Assembly: GCA_965368975.1 (NCBI GenBank)
Contig: CBDUPA010000011.1
Span: forward strand, 160,001-224,000
Direction: 5' to 3'
Length of the DNA stretch: 64,000 nt
DNA from: an uncultured bacterium
Lineage (GTDB): Bacteria > Acidobacteriota > Thermoanaerobaculia > Multivoradales > JAHZIX01
Positions 58,459-64,000 of this stretch are shown here, in pieces (position 1 is the stretch's first letter; every line of letters begins with the position of its first letter). Under the pieces are notes generated by a model. The model did no database searches and was not told the DNA's origin. It worked only from the letters and a program-made list of their open reading frames with translations. Both the position numbers and the translations under genes were made by a program.

Positions 58459-61399
58459 ATCCTTGGCAGTGATCACTTGGTGGCGGGGGCTTGCCGCCGC
58501 CTTGTATCTCGGACTCGCCTGCGTGGTAGTGGTGAGTGCGGAGGTTCGCATCCAGGTACCTCTGGTAGGGCCAGCTGAAGACGTTCATTTACAGCTGATG
58601 CCCTTGACGCCTGATGGATCGGCCAGAGACGTCACTAGAGAATTGGCTCATGCGCACATTCTACGCAGTGGCCGTGGCGAGACCGTGACTCTCACTGCTC
58701 CAGAGGCTGGCATGTGGGCTGTTCGGGTGGAGGCTGTCGGCATCGCACCGAGCCTCTTTCGACTCGCGCCGCTAGTCTCTTCGGTGGAGTTGCCCGCACT
58801 GGACTTCAAGCCAGCTGCGCGCTTGAGCCTCAGGTTGGTGAACTCGCAGGGGCAGCCAATTGTTGGAGCCCAGGTTCTTGCCACCGCGAGCGAGAGCAGC
58901 GGGTGGACCGTCGCTGATCAAGTGGAGATCTCCAATACAGGTGGTTTTGCCGAGATCCTGCTTCGCGAGAACGAGGCGGCGGACCTGACGATTGTGGCGG
59001 ATGGTTACGCCATGAAGACGGTTGAACATGTCCCCGCTGGAGAGAAAGTCATCTCGCTCGACGCAGCGATGGGGTACCGACTCCGTTTCGACAATGAGGA
59101 CCAAGGCAACGTACCGAAGGGCGTGTACGCTCGTGCGATCGGCCATGGTGGAACGGTTGCCAGTAGCGACAAGTCTGGAGAAATGCAGCTCTTCTTGCGC
59201 GGGGACGAGCAATTGATCCTGGAAAGTACCAGTGGTTCGTGCCTGCAACTAGCAGCAGCGGATCTGGATGCATCGAAGATCAATCGAGTCGTCCTGCCGG
59301 GACGGAGTGTGGTTTACGGCGAAGTCTTGGATTTCGAGACCCGTCAGCCTGTCGCAGGTGCCCTAGTTTGGCCAGTGCGCAAAGAGGATCGCTTCGTCCA
59401 GACCAATGAGCGCGGTGAGTATGCATGGAACCGGTGCCTGGAGCAGGAGTGGCCACTAGTGGCTGTGGCACCAGGGTATTCCCAAGCAAGAGCGGTCTTC
59501 CGAGACACGGAAGACCGCCAGGGTCCAACTTTGGTGCTCAGGTCGGCAGAGAAGAACTTGACTGGACGGGTTGTGGATTGGCAAGGGGAGCCAGTGGTAG
59601 GGGTCCAGATCCGCTTGGAAATGCACCTTGTCTCCAGGGTTGCTACGAGTGGGTCTGATGGCCGCTATGCGTTCACAGGGCTGCCTGGTCTAGGTACCGC
59701 CACTTTGAGAGCGAATCCGGAAGGCTTCCGTAGGATCTTGCGCAATGTCGATGTTGCCAGTGCCGAGTCGGATTCACTCATCCTGGTAGCTGAGCCGCTC
59801 TTCGAAATTCGAGGTCAGTTGAGAGGGAATGATGGGGCTCCGCTGCCAACCGCCGCCGTGCAGTTGAAAAGTGGCAACACTGAAATCGCCGTCGGGAAGA
59901 CGAGCGATTCAGGAGAATTCTCATTTACCAGCGTAGCAGTGGACGGGGGGACGCTGCATGTTGCGGAGCCCGGCTTTGCCGAGATCGACTACAGATTCCG
60001 GGCACCGCGAGGGGAACTGCTGGATATTGGTGAACTCAGGCTTGAGGAGGAAGCCTTGTTGACCGGCTTCGTTCTCGATGAAGTAGGGCAACCCGCGGAA
60101 GGAGCGGAGATTTTTGCTTGGAGAACCGGGAGTAGCGTTTCCTACGATGGCAGCGGCTATCCGCAGCAGGCCGTGGATGCGGTGAGCGCTGCGGACGGTA
60201 GTTTCACGGTCCGAGGATTGCTTCCCGGAACGGTGCTCGATCTGGATGTTCGCTGTCGCGGTTACTTCCAGAAGCAGCTGACGGGCTTTGCCGGCCCGTT
60301 CGATGAGCCGTTGGCTCTCACCTTGACCCGTACGACCCGGATCGCTGGTGAGGTTGTCGATCAGAAGGGCAGACCGGTCGAGCATGCAAGAGTTCTGGCC
60401 CGCGAGATCGGGGAACCAGAGGACCCCTTGCCTCCGCTCCGAAGGCAGTTGCCTCCGAGTACGAGGACGGACGAAGCGGGTCGATTCGTCCTGCACGATG
60501 TGAGAGTCGGGAAGGTACGGCTGGAAGCCACCGGGTTTGGATTCCTGAAGGCTGAATCCGAGTTCCAAGCGAGAGAAGACAACGTTGCCGAAGAAGTGAG
60601 ACTCGTCTTGCCAGCTGCTGCCGTTGTCGAAGGCCGAGTTCTGGACGGATCAGGAGATCCAGCGGTCCTGGCGTCTATCCGAACATTTGCACTTTCTGAA
60701 CAAGAGTGGGCGGAACGGAATCTCCACTACGAGTCCACTGACGGCGACGGATACTTCCGCATCCAAGGCGTGCGACCCGGAACTCAGCTGATCGAAGTCA
60801 ACCTGGTTGACCATCCGCGCCTGCTCCAGAGGATTGAAGTCCAGCCCGGTGACAATTGGATCGACCTACAGCTGGATTCGCAGGAGCTGCAAGATGTCTT
60901 CGGCTACGTCGTCGACCAGGACGGAACCCCGCTGTCTGGTGTTGCCTTGACGTTGACAGCCCATGGACGTCCGATTGTCCCGCGCCAGACACAGACCCAT
61001 GTCGACGGCTCCTTTGCCTTCTCCGAAGTTGCCGCGGCCGGGTACCTGCTTTACGCCGATTTTGAAGGCTACCTCCAGCCGCAGCTGGAGGTCCAGGTGA
61101 CGGTCGGCATGGACGAGCTGACTCTCGAGCTGATCCGGGCTGCGAGCCTCTCGGGCCGCATCTCTGGACTCACGATACCGGAGCTGCGGCGCCTGCAACT
61201 CGCCTTGACGCGTGATAACGGAGAGACGAGTGGAGCTCGCGTACACGAGGATGGCACCTTCGAGAGTGCCAGTCTGCTGCCCGGAATCTGGACGTTAACT
61301 GCCATCCTTCTCGGAGCGTCGGACTGGCCAGCTGTCGAGGAAACGGTGGTCATCGACCACGCCGGACAAGAGGTGCGCGTCGACTTGAGCTTTCCATAG
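58442..61399 (+). CDS. Exported protein with repeated carboxypeptidase-regulatory-like beta-sandwich domains
   Basis: Repeated G.V.D..G.P..GA.V...TD..G.F motif. Confidence 0.82.
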   Translation: MRRIAESLAVITWWRGLAAALYLGLACVVVVSAEVRIQVPLVGPAEDVHLQLMPLTPDGSARDVTRELAHAHILRSGRGETVTLTAPEAGMWAVRVEAVGIAPSLFRLAPLVSSVELPALDFKPAARLSLRLVNSQGQPIVGAQVLATASESSGWTVADQVEISNTGGFAEILLRENEAADLTIVADGYAMKTVEHVPAGEKVISLDAAMGYRLRFDNEDQGNVPKGVYARAIGHGGTVASSDKSGEMQLFLRGDEQLILESTSGSCLQLAAADLDASKINRVVLPGRSVVYGEVLDFETRQPVAGALVWPVRKEDRFVQTNERGEYAWNRCLEQEWPLVAVAPGYSQARAVFRDTEDRQGPTLVLRSAEKNLTGRVVDWQGEPVVGVQIRLEMHLVSRVATSGSDGRYAFTGLPGLGTATLRANPEGFRRILRNVDVASAESDSLILVAEPLFEIRGQLRGNDGAPLPTAAVQLKSGNTEIAVGKTSDSGEFSFTSVAVDGGTLHVAEPGFAEIDYRFRAPRGELLDIGELRLEEEALLTGFVLDEVGQPAEGAEIFAWRTGSSVSYDGSGYPQQAVDAVSAADGSFTVRGLLPGTVLDLDVRCRGYFQKQLTGFAGPFDEPLALTLTRTTRIAGEVVDQKGRPVEHARVLAREIGEPEDPLPPLRRQLPPSTRTDEAGRFVLHDVRVGKVRLEATGFGFLKAESEFQAREDNVAEEVRLVLPAAAVVEGRVLDGSGDPAVLASIRTFALSEQEWAERNLHYESTDGDGYFRIQGVRPGTQLIEVNLVDHPRLLQRIEVQPGDNWIDLQLDSQELQDVFGYVVDQDGTPLSGVALTLTAHGRPIVPRQTQTHVDGSFAFSEVAAAGYLLYADFEGYLQPQLEVQVTVGMDELTLELIRAASLSGRISGLTIPELRRLQLALTRDNGETSGARVHEDGTFESASLLPGIWTLTAILLGASDWPAVEETVVIDHAGQEVRVDLSFP

Positions 61400-61458
61400 C
61401 TCGGGGAACAAGCGCCGTTCGGGACCGACGGGGCTCGACGACAAGCAGCGCAAGAACC

Positions 61459-61488
61459 AACAGCCCGGTGGACCTCCACCGGGCTGTT
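61459..61488. terminator. Hairpin between convergent genes
   Basis: aacagcccggtgg-acct-ccaccgggctgtt perfect 13-bp stem. Confidence 0.75.
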
Positions 61489-61534
61489 GCTGCTCAGAGG
61501 GTCGCAACCCTCATCTCAGTGATGCCGCCGAGGC

Positions 61535-63724
61535 TCAGGCCGCGACGGACAGCGAGCGGGCCATGAGGCCGGCGATGGCTTTGTTGAAGCGCACCTGATC
61601 TTCTAGCTCGGAACCCTCGGCGAGCAAGCCGTAGCCGAACAGCAGTTGGGCGTAGTCCTCAATCGCCGGATCCTCCTTGTCCTTGTCGTAGACCCTCTGC
61701 AGGCCTTGCAGGATCGGATGTTCCGGGTTGATCTCGAGGATGCGACGTTGCTTGGGGCCGCCGCCCTTGCCCTTTTGCAGCAGCTTCTCGAGCTGCGGGC
61801 TGTAGTCGTGGTCAGCGCCGACCAGGCACACCGGCGAGCTGGTGAGGCGGTTGGTGAGGCGGACTTGCTTGACCCAGTCGTCGAGCTTGACCTGCATCGC
61901 ATCGAGCAGGTCGCGAACGGTCTTTTCCTTCTCTTCGAGGGTCTTCTTCTGTTCCTCGCGCTCTTCCTCGGTACCCAGGTTGACGGTACCCTTGGCGATT
62001 GGCTTGAGGTGCTTACCCTCGTACTCGGTGAAGGTCTGGGTCATCAGTTCGTCGACCGGATCGACGAAGTAGAGGACCTCGATGCCCTTCTCGGTGAACG
62101 CTTCGAGGTGTGGTGAGCCTTCGGCCTGGGCGCGCGACTCGGCGGTGAGGTAGAAGATCTCCTTCTGATCCTCCTGCATACGCTCCACGTACTCCTTGAG
62201 CGTGGTGGGCTTCTCGGCGTCGTGCGAGGACTCGAAGAGCAGTAGCTCGACGATCTTGTCGCGGTTGTCGTAGTCGGCGCTGACGCCTTCCTTGATAGCG
62301 CGGCCGAACTGCTCCCAGAACTTGCCGTAGTCCTCGGGCTTGTCCTCTTTCATCTCGGTGAGCGCGTCGAGCACCTTCTTGGTCAGCCAGCGGCGGATCT
62401 GGGTGATGTGACGGTCTTCCTGCAGGCGCTGACGGGAGATGTTCAGCGGCAGGTCGGCGGAGTCGACGACGCCCTTGACGAAGCGCAGGTAGTGCGGGAT
62501 CAGGTCCTCGCACTTGTCCATGATCATCACCCGCCGCACGTAGAGTTGCAGACCGTACTCGTAGGCGACGTAGTACAGGTCGTAGGGTGCGGTGGAGGGG
62601 ATGAACAGCAGGCTCTGGTACTCGATGCGGCCCTCGGCACGGAACGACAGCTGGGTCAGCGGATCGTTCCAGTCGTGCGAGATGTGCTTGTAGAACTCTT
62701 TGTACTCGTCTTCGGTGACCTCGGACGCCGGCTTGGTCCAGATCGGCTTCTGCGAGTTGAGTGTCTTGTACTCGATCACCCGATTGGTTTTGCCGTCCTT
62801 CTTCGGCATGCCGTTTTCGTCTTGCTCGATCTCGTCACGTTCGTCCTTGAAGATGATCGGGTAGTTGACGAAGTCGGAGTACTGCTTGACCACCTTGCTG
62901 ACCGGGTAGTACTCGGTCCAGTCTTCGATGCCGGCTTCGTTGTCGACTGGCTTGAGGTGCAGGGTGATCGAGGTGCCGCGGCCGTCGCGCTTGGTCTCTT
63001 CCAGGACGTAGCTGCCATCACCGATCGACTCCCAGCGGACGGCGGTCTCCTCGCCGGCGCGTTGGGTGGTCAAGGTGACCTTGTCGGCGACCATGAAGGC
63101 GGAGTAGAAGCCGACACCGAACTGACCGATCAGCTGCGCGGCCGCCTCGGGCGACTTGGACTTCTTGATCTTGTCGACCAGCTCGCGGGTGCCGGACTTG
63201 GCGATGGTGCCGATGTTGCTGATCACCTCGTCGCGGCTCATGCCGATGCCGTTGTCGTGAATGGTCAGCGTGCGCTCTTCCTTGTTGCTCTCGAGGCGGA
63301 TCTCGAGTTTCTCGTCGCCGTCGAGCAGGCTCTTCTTGGTCAGTGCCTCGAAGCGCAGGCGGTCGAGGGCGTCGGACGAGTTGGAAATCAGTTCGCGCAG
63401 GAAGATCTCCTTGTTGGTGTACAAGGAGTGAATCATCAGGTCGAGCAGCTGGCGCGTCTCGGCCTTGAACTCGAAGGCCTCGCCGGTGCTCGACACGGTG
63501 GGCTTCTTGGGCGCGGCGGCCTTCTTGGCAGTTGCCGGCTTCTTCGTAGCCGCTGGCTTCTTGGTCGCTGCCTTCTTGGCGGGCTCCTTCTTGGCGGTCG
63601 AAGCGGCGGCTTTGGCTGCTGGTTTCTTGGCTGCTGGCTTCTTGGCTGCTGGCTTCTTGGTGGGCGGCTTCTTGTCCGCGGCCGCGGGCTCGTCAGCCGC
63701 TGGCTTCTTGGTGCTGGTGCTCAT
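61535..63724 (-). CDS. htpG: Chaperone HtpG (Hsp90) with Lys/Ala/Pro-rich N-terminal extension
   Basis: LYTNKEIFLRELISN, DNGIGM, IGQFGVGFYS, LNISR. Confidence 0.97.
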   Translation of the reverse strand: MSTSTKKPAADEPAAADKKPPTKKPAAKKPAAKKPAAKAAASTAKKEPAKKAATKKPAATKKPATAKKAAAPKKPTVSSTGEAFEFKAETRQLLDLMIHSLYTNKEIFLRELISNSSDALDRLRFEALTKKSLLDGDEKLEIRLESNKEERTLTIHDNGIGMSRDEVISNIGTIAKSGTRELVDKIKKSKSPEAAAQLIGQFGVGFYSAFMVADKVTLTTQRAGEETAVRWESIGDGSYVLEETKRDGRGTSITLHLKPVDNEAGIEDWTEYYPVSKVVKQYSDFVNYPIIFKDERDEIEQDENGMPKKDGKTNRVIEYKTLNSQKPIWTKPASEVTEDEYKEFYKHISHDWNDPLTQLSFRAEGRIEYQSLLFIPSTAPYDLYYVAYEYGLQLYVRRVMIMDKCEDLIPHYLRFVKGVVDSADLPLNISRQRLQEDRHITQIRRWLTKKVLDALTEMKEDKPEDYGKFWEQFGRAIKEGVSADYDNRDKIVELLLFESSHDAEKPTTLKEYVERMQEDQKEIFYLTAESRAQAEGSPHLEAFTEKGIEVLYFVDPVDELMTQTFTEYEGKHLKPIAKGTVNLGTEEEREEQKKTLEEKEKTVRDLLDAMQVKLDDWVKQVRLTNRLTSSPVCLVGADHDYSPQLEKLLQKGKGGGPKQRRILEINPEHPILQGLQRVYDKDKEDPAIEDYAQLLFGYGLLAEGSELEDQVRFNKAIAGLMARSLSVAA
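63500..63709 (-). repeat. KKPAA/KKPAT low-complexity repeat in htpG 5' region
   Basis: Repeated ggcttcttggctgct units. Confidence 0.85.
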
Positions 63725-64000
63725 CGGGGTGGTCTCCTCGGCTGGTGAATCCGCGGACGCGCACTTCGGGGTCCGCGGTGCGTCGTGCTTGACGTTGTGG
63801 ACTCAATGGGGGAGATCTGCAGGCTAGATGTGCAGGTCTCAAGGAGGTTAGTGTACAAGACTACAGTGGGCGACGCAAGGGTTGAGTGTTTGTGCATCAG
63901 GTTGTTGTTTTGGGCCCTTTATGCTGCTCGGTTTCGCGCCACGCACCGAGTGATAGCCTTGCGCCGACTAGCTCACCTGATAGCTCTCTTGAGGAGATTC

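Overview
High-GC bacterial chromosomal segment; the gene repertoire suggests Acidobacteriota (Thermoanaerobaculia-like), which is inference only. Housekeeping genes include a fahA fusion, tyrS, recQ, dprA-tmk-trmFO-xerC-hslVU, dapF, apbE, sufE/sulfurtransferase and htpG. Accessory content includes a lower-GC islet with a UPF0175/DUF3368 toxin-antitoxin pair (5.5-8.2 kb), a cytoplasmic subtilase + ComEC-type MBL hydrolase operon (10.9-14.1 kb) and a GNAT/PlsC/DinB/hydrolase-DedA-ATP-grasp amino-lipid-like operon (32.9-37.9 kb). The most striking locus is 38-53 kb. It has six tiny ORFs, four absent from the ORF track, arranged as three tandem pairs. All share a basic LxLx[R/K]ExLxxL...G[GA]/AA leader and have divergent Ser/Thr/Cys cores containing Ser-Cys (P3 only after frameshift repair). 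They are interleaved with two ~990-aa TPR-CHAT (caspase-like) proteins, a CHAT relic, a TPR Ser/Thr kinase, an ECF43-type sigma factor and a sigma-like/membrane fusion protein. No lanthipeptide synthetase or peptidase-ABC exporter is present in the window. Duplication scars show that the peptide-pair + CHAT cassette was tandemly amplified and diversified.
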